DNA from: a virus
Reading direction: 5' to 3' (one strand)
Virus genome (UHGV): UHGV-0351052
Length of the DNA stretch: 64,000 nucleotides
Of this stretch, positions 29,961 through 39,791 are shown piece after piece. The translations under genes were made by a program, and so were the position numbers. The notes under the pieces were generated by a model. The model was not told the origin of the DNA, did not search any database, and saw only the letters and a program-made list of their open reading frames with translations. Positions within the stretch are counted from its first letter, which is position 1, and every line of letters starts with the position of its first letter.

Positions 29961-31161
29961 ATTTTGTAATAATGTCAAACTGTTCTTTAAAGCAGAAGCT
30001 TGAATCTTGATGCTGATACAAAAATTCATATGCTTTTTCTCGCTCACGGTCATAAAGAGCTCGGTCAGATGACAATTCTTTAATACGTTCAAATGTTGAT
30101 TCCATGTCATTTTCATCAAACCAAATGATACCACTATCATGTGAGGTCAAAGGAGTATTATCAACACGGAATTTTAAATTATCACCCGTTGATTTCCAGA
30201 AAACAGGAATTGTTCCACATGCACCAAGCTCGAGATGAGTATATTCGAGTGAGCGTTGTAAGTATTTTTGGTTAAGTTTACTCAACTGATATCCAAAGCC
30301 AGATTTACTCATTCGTTCAAGCATTTCACTATTAATATAACAATCTAGGATTTGTGCCGGTTGATTCGGCGTGAGATTCATTTTATCAATCTCACGATTA
30401 CCATAATATTCATACGGAATACCTTTTTCCTTAATTGCAATAAAAGCAGGGGAACGTTCAAGACCTTCCATTACAGTGGATTTACCAGCAGGTTTTAAGA
30501 ATTTTTCGTGAAAATCAAACATCTGATAAAAACCTTTCCATGTAGTCGTACGACCAATCCAACGGTTGATGTTCATGTTAATTTCAGAAACATCTTTCCA
30601 ATAAGTTGACCGAACCTTCACAATATCCATAGGAGGCTGAAAATTATATACTGTTGGTGCTTCTTCAATATCATCAAACAGAGAAACAGTTTCTGGATAC
30701 CATTCTTTCATCAGAACTTTATTAAAATCACCATTATCAGAATGGCTAAAAATAACGTCAGCTCGACGAACAGTTTCTTCTAATCCCAAATTTCGACGCA
30801 AAGAAAGAACAGAATGATCATGCTGATAAACTACAACACGAATAGAAGGTTTAATATTATCTAAAAGTTTTTTATAGTTATTAATCGTGGCTTCTTGAAC
30901 GGAAGTAGCAGGAACAGAATTAATAATTAGAATATCACAATCATTTACCAGCTTAAGTGCTTTATCGTATTCTTTAGCTAAAATAACTGGAATTGAAAAT
31001 GATTTGTGGTCATGAGAACTTGTACGAGTAAATGATTTATCTTTAGCATAAACCAAAGTTACTTCATGACCATTTTTAATAAACCAATCACGCTGCTCAA
31101 GAGAAAATTTAGTTACACCGCAACCTTCAAGACCCCGAGCCAGAAAAATGCATACTTTCAT
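29959..31161 (-). CDS. agt: DNA alpha-glucosyltransferase
   Basis: 400 aa; GT-B-like; size and slot between 47 and 55. Confidence 0.7.
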   Translation of the reverse strand: MKVCIFLARGLEGCGVTKFSLEQRDWFIKNGHEVTLVYAKDKSFTRTSSHDHKSFSIPVILAKEYDKALKLVNDCDILIINSVPATSVQEATINNYKKLLDNIKPSIRVVVYQHDHSVLSLRRNLGLEETVRRADVIFSHSDNGDFNKVLMKEWYPETVSLFDDIEEAPTVYNFQPPMDIVKVRSTYWKDVSEINMNINRWIGRTTTWKGFYQMFDFHEKFLKPAGKSTVMEGLERSPAFIAIKEKGIPYEYYGNREIDKMNLTPNQPAQILDCYINSEMLERMSKSGFGYQLSKLNQKYLQRSLEYTHLELGACGTIPVFWKSTGDNLKFRVDNTPLTSHDSGIIWFDENDMESTFERIKELSSDRALYDREREKAYEFLYQHQDSSFCFKEQFDIITK

Positions 31162-31213
31162 TTAATATCCTCTTTGTTTTGGTTTATTTTATCAAAAAAT
31201 TTATAAAGCAATA

Positions 31214-31231
31214 TAGGAGCCGAAGCTCCTA
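31214..31231 (-). promoter_or_regulatory. UUCG-tetraloop hairpin upstream of alpha-gt
   Basis: TAGGAGC-cgaa-GCTCCTA. Confidence 0.35.
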
Positions 31232-31406
31232 TCCGCATAATACGCCATACAGAGGCTCATTAGAACTTTTAAATTTTTATGCGCTTATATGTTATAGTTC
31301 CTTCTGCTTTAGCTTTATCGTAAGACTCTTTAAAGCGTCTCATCATTTCCTCTTTAGAGAAACGAATTTTATTATAATCTATTTCAGAAGTCTGGGTGTT
31401 CATCTT

Positions 31407-31613
31407 TCATAACTGCCACCATTTTTTGACTTGATAAGAATCAACCCACACTTTCATATTAGGGTCTGCTCTTACAATAGGAGGATTAACTTCTTTAATT
31501 GAACTATCATGGTATTCTTTTTCAGAAATTTTCACACAAAGATGACCATTTAAAGATTCAGTAAATCCTGCATTAATTTTAAGACGCTTGAATTTTACGT
31601 GTGTAAGCATCAA
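31407..31613 (-). CDS. hypothetical protein, 68 aa
   Basis: ORF-track ORF. Confidence 0.35.
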   Translation of the reverse strand: MMLTHVKFKRLKINAGFTESLNGHLCVKISEKEYHDSSIKEVNPPIVRADPNMKVWVDSYQVKKWWQL

Positions 31614-31896
31614 TCATATCCTCAATCTGCGATCTAGTAGTCTTCCAAAGAATACTGATGAGTTCATCGTTATATGGCTGTTTCAGAATATCCCGACTTT
31701 TCTTGATAGCATATTCGTATTGAGCAAAATTATTATTTTCAGCTGCGATCTGAGCGTGCTTATAAAGACGATTCAGTTCGCGTTTGTTTTTAGACAATAA
31801 CTTATTTGCTTTTCTTTCTGCTTCAAGACGGTTCTTTTCTTCAATAGAAGAAATAAGCTTTTCCACTTCATCATTAATTTCGGGTTTATCAGTCAT
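31579..31896 (-). CDS. hypothetical coiled-coil protein, 105 aa
   Basis: ORF-track ORF. Confidence 0.4.
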   Translation of the reverse strand: MTDKPEINDEVEKLISSIEEKNRLEAERKANKLLSKNKRELNRLYKHAQIAAENNNFAQYEYAIKKSRDILKQPYNDELISILWKTTRSQIEDMIDAYTRKIQAS

Positions 31897-31897
31897 A

Positions 31898-32116
31898 TTA
31901 TTTCTCTAATATAAAATAAAAATCATCATCTGTTAAATGATACCGATAGTTTAATTCTACACCATTAGATTTAAAAGCGGTATCATACGGATTTTCTGGA
32001 TCAATATCAATGTCAAGAGCTAAAACTTCCCTGAGATACATTTTAAGTAAATAGGGAATAGCTTCAACTTCAGGTATTTCTTCCAAGAATCCGGAGAGGT
32101 TAATCGTTAGCCTCAT
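31898..32116 (-). CDS. hypothetical protein, 72 aa
   Basis: ORF-track ORF. Confidence 0.4.
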
Positions 32117-32663
32117 ATAAAAAATCCAAACTAGGAGAATCGTCTACAACACTTTTCTTTTCAGCCCCCGGTGTTCTATAGGTTGATTCTTCGTAATGCG
32201 TCATTTTATCGTAGATGTCTTGAATAAAAGTTTCATCTACTAACGCAACCATATCGTCGTCACGGCTGTCATAGACATTGTGAACGAAGTAACTATATTT
32301 CTTTGCAACTTCCTTACGTTCTTTTTTAATACGTTGGACGAATGCATTAAAACAAGCTTGAGTTATATACGCATGTGGGTTTTTATATTTCGTTTCATCA
32401 AAATTGTGAAGCCCCTTAATAGAAGCTTCTATACCATCTGCAATCATTTCTTGTTTCCAAGACTGGGTGTATCCTGAAAAGTTGAAACGTTTAGATAAGC
32501 CTTCTGCAATAAGCATAATGGCTAATCCGATAGTATCATTCTGACGAACTACTTTATTTGGGTCTTTATTATTTGCTAATTCTGTTTTCCAATCAATAAT
32601 AGCTTGTAAAAGCTCTTTATTGTTTACGTAATTATATTTAGGCTTAGTTTCTGACATTTTCAC
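32100..32663 (-). CDS. 55: late-transcription sigma factor gp55
   Basis: 187 aa; size, slot and sequence match T4 gp55 as recalled. Confidence 0.75.
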
Positions 32664-32735
32664 CTCTTAGCTCAATTCATAGATCTATTATATCATAATA
32701 TTTGAAGACCTATCTTAAAGCATAGAGGATATCAG

Positions 32736-33005
32736 TTATCTAAGTAAACAGTATGCTTGGAATACTTTCTCCATCATCTTTTTAAATTCATGAATATCTA
32801 TATAATGACTAGTTAGATCAGCATGATATAAAAAGTCTAAAAACTTTTCATGTGTGCTAACATATTCGCTTTCATTTAATTCAGAAACATGGCTTTCCCA
32901 ATATCCAACACCAGTCTTATTTGGGAAAAATGAAATTTTCATGTATTGGTCAACATAGAAAATGCCATAATTTTCAATAGTAATAGAAATATTAATAAAT
33001 TTCAT
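32736..33005 (-). CDS. hypothetical protein, 89 aa
   Basis: ORF-track ORF. Confidence 0.4.
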   Translation of the reverse strand: MKFINISITIENYGIFYVDQYMKISFFPNKTGVGYWESHVSELNESEYVSTHEKFLDFLYHADLTSHYIDIHEFKKMMEKVFQAYCLLR

Positions 33006-33217
33006 ACATTCATCAACTTAGCCGCTTCAAGAGCTGCATCTAGTGAATCAAATTGGTCAACATATTCAATCAATTCGCCGTAATTAGCATATAACCACCA
33101 TTGGCTAAATTCATACTCAAGGATGAATCCGTTTCCTTCAATTTGAGTTAAACCAATGCCATTTGTATTTACTTCATACCCAGCAAGACGTAAATCGTTA
33201 ATAAGAGCTTCGTTCAT
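33002..33217 (-). CDS. hypothetical protein, 71 aa
   Basis: ORF-track ORF. Confidence 0.4.
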   Translation of the reverse strand: MNEALINDLRLAGYEVNTNGIGLTQIEGNGFILEYEFSQWWLYANYGELIEYVDQFDSLDAALEAAKLMNV

Positions 33218-33219
33218 AA

Positions 33220-33546
33220 TTATACCTTAGTAATTTTCAGGTCTGCAAATTTTTTCTTGCGTTGATTTTTCATGCGACGAATAGTTTTATCGGAAATTTC
33301 ATGCTTTTGATAAGCTTTAGATTCTACACCAAAAGCTTTAACATCAAATTCTGACAAGATATATTGAACCAACAATTCACGGACAGTATTGCGTCCAATC
33401 TTCTGATCATTCTGTTTCATCATCTGATGAAGCTCTTTTTCCCATTTATCCAAAATTTGAGGAGTTACAATATCGCCTTTTTCTAGCAAAGAAACTACTT
33501 TATCATATGCGTAAGAATTAATGACGTTTTTAATTTGAATAGTCAT
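33220..33546 (-). CDS. hypothetical protein, 108 aa
   Basis: ORF-track ORF. Confidence 0.4.
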   Translation of the reverse strand: MTIQIKNVINSYAYDKVVSLLEKGDIVTPQILDKWEKELHQMMKQNDQKIGRNTVRELLVQYILSEFDVKAFGVESKAYQKHEISDKTIRRMKNQRKKKFADLKITKV

Positions 33547-33581
33547 ACATTATCCTCAATTACGTTAAAATTTTATTATCC

Positions 33582-33600
33582 AAAAAGGGCCGAAGCCCTT
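33582..33600 (-). terminator. probable intrinsic terminator (UUCG hairpin plus U-run)
   Basis: minus-strand RNA AAGGGC-UUCG-GCCCUU followed by UUUUU; overlaps stop of 33599..33799. Confidence 0.5.
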
Positions 33601-33799
33601 AGCTAAACTTTTTGGCACCCTTCCAGCCTTCATACATCATTGCGGCTGATATTAATATTGCTCCTGAGCAACTTGAATATTTGTGGTTCCAAAACCAGTT
33701 TAGAAAAACTTCGTCATCAATACCTTGGGCTATCATATTTTCAAAGAACTGACGACGAGCTTCGGCAATTCGCTGCGATAATTTAGATTCAGGATTCAT
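33599..33799 (-). CDS. hypothetical protein, 66 aa
   Basis: ORF-track ORF. Confidence 0.35.
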   Translation of the reverse strand: MNPESKLSQRIAEARRQFFENMIAQGIDDEVFLNWFWNHKYSSCSGAILISAAMMYEGWKGAKKFS

Positions 33800-34018
33800 T
33801 TAAATTTCCCACCAATTGCCATTTTCATCAATAAATTTAATCCAGTCATTTACTGACCACTTGGTCGTATCGCCTTTTGGAGTAACATTTAAAGTATATA
33901 GCCCTTGCTTAAAAAGCATTCGTTTGATATTCATATTTTCCTCAGCTATAACGATAGCACTCGTTTGATTTACGTTTAGCAACTCGTTGAGAAGTATTAT
34001 AATCAAAATCATCGTCAA
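33800..34018 (-). CDS. hypothetical protein, 72 aa
   Basis: ORF-track ORF. Confidence 0.35.
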   Translation of the reverse strand: MTMILIIILLNELLNVNQTSAIVIAEENMNIKRMLFKQGLYTLNVTPKGDTTKWSVNDWIKFIDENGNWWEI

Positions 34019-34280
34019 TGTAAACTGATTTTTTCAACTTTCTTACTTCACCACGTAATTGACGATTTAGCTCATCTTTAACTTCTGAATCAATGCCTTT
34101 CATTCTACGCCATTTATCTGAGCGAAAAATGTTTTCAACCATATCTTTATGACTTACACCATCAGGAGCTTTGCGCTTTCCGAAATAGTCATAATCACGA
34201 ACTTTCAAGTCTCTACGACGATACGTTTTACCCATGGAGTTTAATTTCCTTAGCAACTGAACTAAATACAGCACGGTCAC
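33942..34280 (-). CDS. hypothetical basic protein, up to 112 aa (start probably internal)
   Basis: ORF-track ORF; overlaps neighbour by 77 nt. Confidence 0.35.
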   Translation of the reverse strand: MTVLYLVQLLRKLNSMGKTYRRRDLKVRDYDYFGKRKAPDGVSHKDMVENIFRSDKWRRMKGIDSEVKDELNRQLRGEVRKLKKSVYIDDDFDYNTSQRVAKRKSNECYRYS

Positions 34281-34410
34281 AAATCATCTGTTTATGTAAC
34301 TTGAGTATAAGATAATAAACTTCAAAACCGTTTACGTAAGTAACACGAACAACATTACCATTAATAAAATAATATTGTCCCTTTTTAATTTCTTTATCAA
34401 CCACAACCAT
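34228..34410 (-). CDS. hypothetical protein, 60 aa
   Basis: ORF-track ORF; early promoter 34441-34470 upstream. Confidence 0.35.
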   Translation of the reverse strand: MVVVDKEIKKGQYYFINGNVVRVTYVNGFEVYYLILKLHKQMICDRAVFSSVAKEIKLHG

Positions 34411-34440
34411 ATTAATTCCTCAAAGGCAATTCATGTGTTA

Positions 34441-34470
34441 ATAATACCACAGTTTGAACTTGTTGTAAAC
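34441..34470 (-). promoter_or_regulatory. T4-type early promoter cassette
   Basis: minus-strand GTTTAC 34470-34465, TGG+TATTAT 34449-34441; upstream ATTCCCTAAAATAATTTCACAAAG element. Confidence 0.5.
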
Positions 34471-34550
34471 AACTTTGTGAAATTATTTTAGGGAATGATA
34501 AGAAGGGAACGATAGCTTAGAATGGTAATATACAGAATGTGAGAAAGAAA

Positions 34551-34563
34551 GGCCCAGAGGGCC
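34551..34563 (-). promoter_or_regulatory. short GC hairpin after nrdH
   Basis: GGCCC-aga-GGGCC then U-rich on minus strand; possible weak terminator. Confidence 0.3.
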
Positions 34564-34567
34564 CGTC

Positions 34568-34891
34568 TTAGTCTTCTATGATATCTCTATCATATCCAAG
34601 TGAAATGAGAGTTTCTTTGAAGTGTTTAATGTTCTTTTGTCTAGAATCATTGATGAAAATGACTGGATAACGAATGTTAAGAGATGTGAATCCAGCTCGT
34701 TTAGCAAGAGATACAATCAGTGGACGATCATACTCAATCTTACCATTATTTGTAAGAACTTTATAGAAAGTAAAAGGAGCATTGAGCTCCTTTAGAAGTT
34801 TTGTAACTGATTGACATCCAGGACAACGACCTACTTCTTCGGGGATGCCATAGATTTCAATCTTATTCTTTAAGTTCGAGTTTTGTTCCAC
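34568..34891 (-). CDS. nrdH: NrdH-like glutaredoxin
   Basis: CPGC redox motif; likely GTG start at 34891 with AAGGAA ribosome-binding site; ORF-track start 35020 is an over-extension. Confidence 0.7.
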   Translation of the reverse strand: MEQNSNLKNKIEIYGIPEEVGRCPGCQSVTKLLKELNAPFTFYKVLTNNGKIEYDRPLIVSLAKRAGFTSLNIRYPVIFINDSRQKNIKHFKETLISLGYDRDIIED

Positions 34892-35174
34892 GAGAAATAA
34901 TTCCTTGATAAGCCCAGTATGGCGGGTTAACAGAATCCTCACCAGAGTTTTCTTCAGGAAAATAAACCTGGATAACGAAGCCGGATTCATCAAAGGTGAA
35001 ATAAGTAGTAGGCAGTTCACCTAACAAATCGGCACGAGCGTTGATTTCTTCGAGGTCTTGTTCACGTCCAGCCCAGAAGCTTGGGTTCAGACTACATTCA
35101 TAGAAATAATAGTCATTACCGAACATATCAAAACCATTCCAACTCTCTACTACATACCGCTCAAAACTAATCAT
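34863..35174 (-). CDS. hypothetical protein, 103 aa
   Basis: ORF-track ORF. Confidence 0.4.
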   Translation of the reverse strand: MISFERYVVESWNGFDMFGNDYYFYECSLNPSFWAGREQDLEEINARADLLGELPTTYFTFDESGFVIQVYFPEENSGEDSVNPPYWAYQGIISRGTKLELKE

Positions 35175-35176
35175 AA

Positions 35177-35392
35177 TTAAGCCTTTTTATCAAGAACAGC
35201 ATTCAACTTATTAGTAATTTTATCCAGACGTTCATTGAACTCACTAGAAGATAAGCCCTTTTCTGGAGAAATCAAACTAATCACAAAAAATATAGCAATA
35301 AAAGGAATAAGGAAAATAGCTCCAACTGCCATAAACAGAAAGAATGTTACAGTTGTAAGAAAATCAGCTAAACCTTTACGAAATTTATACAT
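35177..35392 (-). CDS. small membrane protein, 71 aa
   Basis: one TM helix (FFLFMAVGAIFLIPFIAIFFVISL). Confidence 0.4.
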   Translation of the reverse strand: MYKFRKGLADFLTTVTFFLFMAVGAIFLIPFIAIFFVISLISPEKGLSSSEFNERLDKITNKLNAVLDKKA

Positions 35393-35507
35393 ATTTTACC
35401 CTTAATTGATTAACCAAGCATTGATAAGCACTAAACTATACTGCGAATAAAATTCTGGACCAAAATGAAAAATCATATCATTTATAGTATCCATAATATA
35501 ATTCAAT

Positions 35508-35978
35508 TTAATCATGTTTCCACACCCCATCGGTATTTGACCAAAGTCGCTGATTATCTGATCCTCGCCACAGCTTTTTAGTCGGAAGATTTTTCTCATA
35601 CTTCCCATCAATAATAACATCAACATATTTAAGCATTTCTAGTTGTTTAATATCTTCAAACTTATATCCTGTCCACAACCAAATGCTTTTATTGGGATAA
35701 AGATTTTTTACTGTTTGAACAATGCAATGAACAACATCTCGGTTATCAGGATAGAGAGGGTCTCCTCCAGTTATAGTTAATCCTTCTATATAATCATTAT
35801 TCAAACATTCAATTAATTGTTCCAGTGTTTCACCAGTGAATGGAACGCCATTTCTAGCATTCCAAGTACTACGATTATAACAACCTTCGCATTTATGCAA
35901 ACAACCTGTAACGAAAAGAACGACCCTGCATCCAGGGCCATTCACAAAATCGCAAGGATAAAATCTATCATAATTCAT
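35508..35978 (-). CDS. nrdG: anaerobic ribonucleotide reductase activase NrdG (radical SAM)
   Basis: 156 aa; radical-SAM cluster CLHKCEGC; adjacent to nrdD. Confidence 0.9.
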   Translation of the reverse strand: MNYDRFYPCDFVNGPGCRVVLFVTGCLHKCEGCYNRSTWNARNGVPFTGETLEQLIECLNNDYIEGLTITGGDPLYPDNRDVVHCIVQTVKNLYPNKSIWLWTGYKFEDIKQLEMLKYVDVIIDGKYEKNLPTKKLWRGSDNQRLWSNTDGVWKHD

Positions 35979-35990
35979 TGGTGTTTAACC

Positions 35991-37808
35991 CTATGCATGT
36001 TTTACTCGTTTTACCATTTCTTTCATTTTACCTAAATTCCATGGAACAACGCTAGGAGTTCCAAGATATCCGCATGTTCTTCTTATGGTATTCATCTTTT
36101 TAGGATCAGTTTCTCCACAAATAGAACAAACAAATCCGTTTTCAGTAGGAGTCATTTCATGGGTGCTTCCGCATGTAAAACACTTATCTACTGGCATATT
36201 AACACCAAAATAATCTAAATGCTGTGCAGCATAATCCCATACGGCCTCAAGTCCTTTTAAGTTATTTTTCATATCAGGAAGTTCAACATAAGAAATGTGA
36301 CCACCTGTCGCAATGAAATGATATGGCGCTTCACGAGAAATCTTTTCAAACGGAGTAATATTTTCTTCTACTGAAACATGGAAACTGTTAGTGTACCAAC
36401 CTTTATCGGTAACATCTTTTACGCTTCCATATTTTTCTGTATCGAGTTTACAGAAGCGATAACAAAGGTTTTCAGCAGGAGTCGAATATAAACTAAAAGC
36501 AAATCCAGTTCTTTCAGTCCACTGTTTAAGATGAGCATTCATTTTAGTTAAAATTTCTCGTCCAATATCACGACCGACAAGAATATTCAATTCGTGAATA
36601 CCAATGTATCCTAGGGACACTGAACTTCTACCGTTTTTAAATAACTCAATTATGTCGTCATCAGGTTTAAGACGAACCCCGAATGCACCTTCTTGGTAAA
36701 GAATAGGAGCAACAGTAGCTTTAACTCCTTTTAAGGAACTAATTCTACACATCAAAGCTTCAAAACACAAATCCATTCGTTCATTGAATAATTCAACAAA
36801 TTTCTGTTCATTGAACTGTGTTCCAATATAAGAATCTAACGCGATGCGAGGAAGATTCAGTGTTACAACACCAAGATTATTACGTCCATCAAGAATTTCA
36901 TTGCCAGTCGAATCTTTCCATACGCTCAAGAAACTACGGCAACCCATTGGAGAAACAGGAACAGATGAACCGGTGATAGCTTTATTGTTCTTAGCCGAAA
37001 TGATGTCAGGATACATTCTTTTACTTGCACACTCTAGAGCAAGCTGCTTAATATCATAGTTCGGATCGTCTTTATAAAGATTAACACCTTCTTCAACGAA
37101 CATAACAAGCTTAGGGAAAATAGGAGTTATCCCATCGCGGCCAAGACCTTTAATGCGATTTTTCAGAATTGCTTTCTGAATCATTCGTTCAGTCCAGTCA
37201 GTTCCCGTACCAAATGTAATTGTTACAAAAGGCGTTTGTCCGTTTGAACTAAAGAGAGTATTTACTTCATATTCATAAGCTTGGAATGCATCGTATACGT
37301 CTTTTTCTGTTTTAGATTGGGCATAATTCAACGCGTCAGCGATTTGCCATTTTTCTGCGTCCTCAATATGTTTTGCATAGGTGTGTTTAACATAAGGAGA
37401 AAGTACTTTATCTACATTCGCAAAAGTTGTTCCGCCATATTGATGGGAAGCAACCTGCGCAGTAATTTGTGCCATAATTGCAGTAGCAACGCCGATTGAT
37501 TTAGGAGTTTCAATCTGTGCATTGCCGAGCTTAAATCCGTTTTCAAGCATTCCTTTTAAATCTACTAAACAGCAATTAGTAAATGGAAGAGCAGGGGAAT
37601 AATCAATATCATGGAAATGGATAATTCCGCTTTCATGCGCTTTCATAATAAAAGACGGGACCATATTTTTGGCAATGTGTTTAGACACAATACCAGCCAT
37701 AAGGTCCCGTTGAGTTGGAAAAACACGAGAATCTTTATTAGCATTCTCGTTCAAAAGGTCTTTATTAGTTTTATGAATCAATCCTTCAATTTCTTTTTCA
37801 ATTGTCAT
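35991..37808 (-). CDS. nrdD: anaerobic ribonucleotide reductase NrdD (glycyl radical enzyme), uninterrupted
   Basis: 605 aa; C-terminal Zn site CxxC...CxxC and glycyl-radical motif RTCGYLG; continuous ORF, no intron. Confidence 0.95.
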   Translation of the reverse strand: MTIEKEIEGLIHKTNKDLLNENANKDSRVFPTQRDLMAGIVSKHIAKNMVPSFIMKAHESGIIHFHDIDYSPALPFTNCCLVDLKGMLENGFKLGNAQIETPKSIGVATAIMAQITAQVASHQYGGTTFANVDKVLSPYVKHTYAKHIEDAEKWQIADALNYAQSKTEKDVYDAFQAYEYEVNTLFSSNGQTPFVTITFGTGTDWTERMIQKAILKNRIKGLGRDGITPIFPKLVMFVEEGVNLYKDDPNYDIKQLALECASKRMYPDIISAKNNKAITGSSVPVSPMGCRSFLSVWKDSTGNEILDGRNNLGVVTLNLPRIALDSYIGTQFNEQKFVELFNERMDLCFEALMCRISSLKGVKATVAPILYQEGAFGVRLKPDDDIIELFKNGRSSVSLGYIGIHELNILVGRDIGREILTKMNAHLKQWTERTGFAFSLYSTPAENLCYRFCKLDTEKYGSVKDVTDKGWYTNSFHVSVEENITPFEKISREAPYHFIATGGHISYVELPDMKNNLKGLEAVWDYAAQHLDYFGVNMPVDKCFTCGSTHEMTPTENGFVCSICGETDPKKMNTIRRTCGYLGTPSVVPWNLGKMKEMVKRVKHA

Positions 37809-38278
37809 TTTAAACTCTTTCTAAGCTGCTTCTTAAATGAAGCTATTAATTGTGTTTTGGTGTCAGATTCATTATATTCAAATCCTCTTTGAAGCATCTC
37901 AGCCATCATTTCCTCTTTTCCTAAACGAGAAAATTCCTTTGATTTATCTCCAACAAAGTTAGGGTGAATATTATTTTGGGTGTAATCGGATTTTAAATAA
38001 GTAAGTAAATTTTCTAACCATTCAAGATAATCAACACCTTGTCCCTTTAAGCCAGAACGATTAAATTTGTGCTTCATTTGACCTTCTGCGGCATTGCAGA
38101 GATTACAAAGCAATCCACGCACCTTTCCTGCTTTTGGTCCATTTAATTCATGGTCATGGTCGAGGTGATTAGCTTGAACATCAGGATTTAATTCTCGTTG
38201 GCAAATTAAGCATTTACCGTTTTGTGCATTATAAAATTTCTGTTTTTCTTCTTTGTATAATTTGCCAGTCAATAACAT
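37805..38278 (-). CDS. 49: endonuclease VII gp49 (Holliday junction resolvase)
   Basis: 157 aa; Cys/His zinc motifs CLICQ...HLDHDH...CNLCN. Confidence 0.8.
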   Translation of the reverse strand: MLLTGKLYKEEKQKFYNAQNGKCLICQRELNPDVQANHLDHDHELNGPKAGKVRGLLCNLCNAAEGQMKHKFNRSGLKGQGVDYLEWLENLLTYLKSDYTQNNIHPNFVGDKSKEFSRLGKEEMMAEMLQRGFEYNESDTKTQLIASFKKQLRKSLK

Positions 38279-38320
38279 AATAAAACCCTTACCTTAAATA
38301 GATAAGGGTATTTATTATTT

Positions 38321-38368
38321 TTAAGTATTGTAAAACATTCGATGCAATCGTTTATACTGTCGAATCAT
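38321..38368. repeat. 48-bp direct repeat copy 1 (encodes C-terminal tail ...QYKRLHRMFYNT)
   Basis: about 85 percent identical to 38534-38581. Confidence 0.6.
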
Positions 38369-38497
38369 CTTTTTAGTAGGACGAGAATAGGTTCCTACGC
38401 AAGTGGTCATATGAGGGTCCGTAGAATGTCCTTTAATAAAAAGTTTCCAAACCTTACCGCCATTTAACTTTTCAGTATAAACCAATTCGGTTTTCAT
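38321..38497 (-). CDS. small hypothetical protein, 58 aa, sharing C-terminal tail with next ORF
   Basis: hand translation MKTELVYTEKLNGGKVWKLF...IRQYKRLHRMFYNT. Confidence 0.3.
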   Translation of the reverse strand: MKTELVYTEKLNGGKVWKLFIKGHSTDPHMTTCVGTYSRPTKKMIRQYKRLHRMFYNT

Positions 38498-38533
38498 TAA
38501 AATGTCCTGTCAGAAAAAGAATTTTGAGTTTTT

Positions 38534-38581
38534 TCAAGTATTGTAAAACATTTGATTCAATCGCTTATATTGCCGAATCTT
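38534..38581. repeat. 48-bp direct repeat copy 2
   Basis: ttcaagtattgtaaaacatttgattcaatcgcttatattgccgaatc versus copy 1. Confidence 0.6.
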
Positions 38582-39037
38582 TTGGTCAGAAAAAGAAATT
38601 TGATTTTCAAGCCATTCAATGTATTCTGCAGCAGCTTGCATCAGGTTACCTTCATAGCCATCGTTATTTTCTTGCGCAGCTAATTTAGCTAATGCGTATG
38701 AAATACGTTCACCTTGAAAAGAGGCTTTAGGCTTCTGAACAACTTGATTAGTTCTCTCTACAACTTCTTCAATTTCGCCATTTTCAACGGATTCAGTATT
38801 CCATAAGCACCAATACGTAATTGGCTTATCATAGATATTAATAATCTTTCCGTCGGAAAGTTCAATTTCAATAATTCCAGTATCAGGTTCTATATCATCT
38901 TCACATTCTTTTGCAAGTTCACGAACTTTAAAGACAGTACCTGCGCTAAGTTCCGGCCAGTAATTACACAGCCCTGTATCAGCACGATTAATTCTAAACC
39001 ACTTATCTACTGTAATCATGTTCCATCTCCATATCAA
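38534..39037 (-). CDS. hypothetical protein, 167 aa (pin/49.x slot)
   Basis: ORF-track ORF; C-terminus ...IRQYKRLNQMFYNT. Confidence 0.45.
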   Translation of the reverse strand: MIWRWNMITVDKWFRINRADTGLCNYWPELSAGTVFKVRELAKECEDDIEPDTGIIEIELSDGKIINIYDKPITYWCLWNTESVENGEIEEVVERTNQVVQKPKASFQGERISYALAKLAAQENNDGYEGNLMQAAAEYIEWLENQISFSDQKIRQYKRLNQMFYNT

Positions 39038-39141
39038 TTAAGTCATTTATCGTTGGTTCATTATATACTGTTTCTTCATCAGTGTAAACCGGTTCTTCCG
39101 GCTCTGGCTCTACAGTTTCCCATCTAGCCGCCCACCAAGGT

Positions 39142-39351
39142 TTAACCCCGAAGCTTATTAAGTTCTTCATAATCAATCCAGGATTCTAATCCTGATGGCA
39201 AATCAGATTCAATTTCCCAAAGAAGTTCTTCAATTTTATGAAGACGATCTAATTCTTCAACTGGAATAGTAACCATTGACGGAGCTCTTGCTGCATTAAT
39301 ATCGTAAATCATATTTACCCCAGTTTGACCATGCAATCGCCGTATTTCCAC
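39142..39351 (-). CDS. hypothetical protein, 69 aa
   Basis: ORF-track ORF. Confidence 0.4.
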   Translation of the reverse strand: MEIRRLHGQTGVNMIYDINAARAPSMVTIPVEELDRLHKIEELLWEIESDLPSGLESWIDYEELNKLRG

Positions 39352-39530
39352 TTAGAAATAGACTTTTCACCATTAGAATAATAAACTTCGAGTTTAGCGC
39401 GGCCATTTTTAATTTGAATAACCTTGGCTGTCATCAAAGTTCCATATCCATAGTAAACTGCAACTTCATCACCTACATATACCGCGCTTCCGCGGTAATC
39501 ATGGATATAATCAGTTCCTTCAAGCATCAT
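39315..39530 (-). CDS. hypothetical protein, 71 aa
   Basis: ORF-track ORF. Confidence 0.4.
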   Translation of the reverse strand: MMLEGTDYIHDYRGSAVYVGDEVAVYYGYGTLMTAKVIQIKNGRAKLEVYYSNGEKSISKWKYGDCMVKLG

Positions 39531-39790
39531 TTAAAGTATTCCCGCAATTGGTCAAATCCACCAATATGACTTCCATCAGGAGCAAATACCTGAGGCATTG
39601 TCAAGCCGATTTGAGTATCACGACCTAGTTTAGCTAGAAGCTCAGCAATTTTCTCATCATCAAAAACACCTTTTTCCGGCATAATGTTGATAAATTCAAA
39701 CGGCTGTTTTTTCACGGTCAAGAGACGTTTTGCATTATCACAATACACACATTTATGGATGTTGCTATCATAACCATATACTTTAAACAT
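39527..39790 (-). CDS. nrdC: thioredoxin/glutaredoxin NrdC
   Basis: 87 aa; CVYC redox motif; near-identical to T4 NrdC as recalled. Confidence 0.8.
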   Translation of the reverse strand: MFKVYGYDSNIHKCVYCDNAKRLLTVKKQPFEFINIMPEKGVFDDEKIAELLAKLGRDTQIGLTMPQVFAPDGSHIGGFDQLREYFK

Positions 39791-39791
39791 A

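Noticed and set aside
29919-30140. 73-aa ORF overlapping the 3-prime end of the alpha-glucosyltransferase gene, and 35402..35626 overlapping nrdG
   Set aside because: Alternative-frame ORFs wholly inside conserved enzyme genes; treated as spurious.
35991-37808. Group I intron or homing-endonuclease insertion in nrdD
   Set aside because: The NrdD reading frame is continuous for 605 codons and ends with the glycyl-radical motif, so there is no intron in this window.
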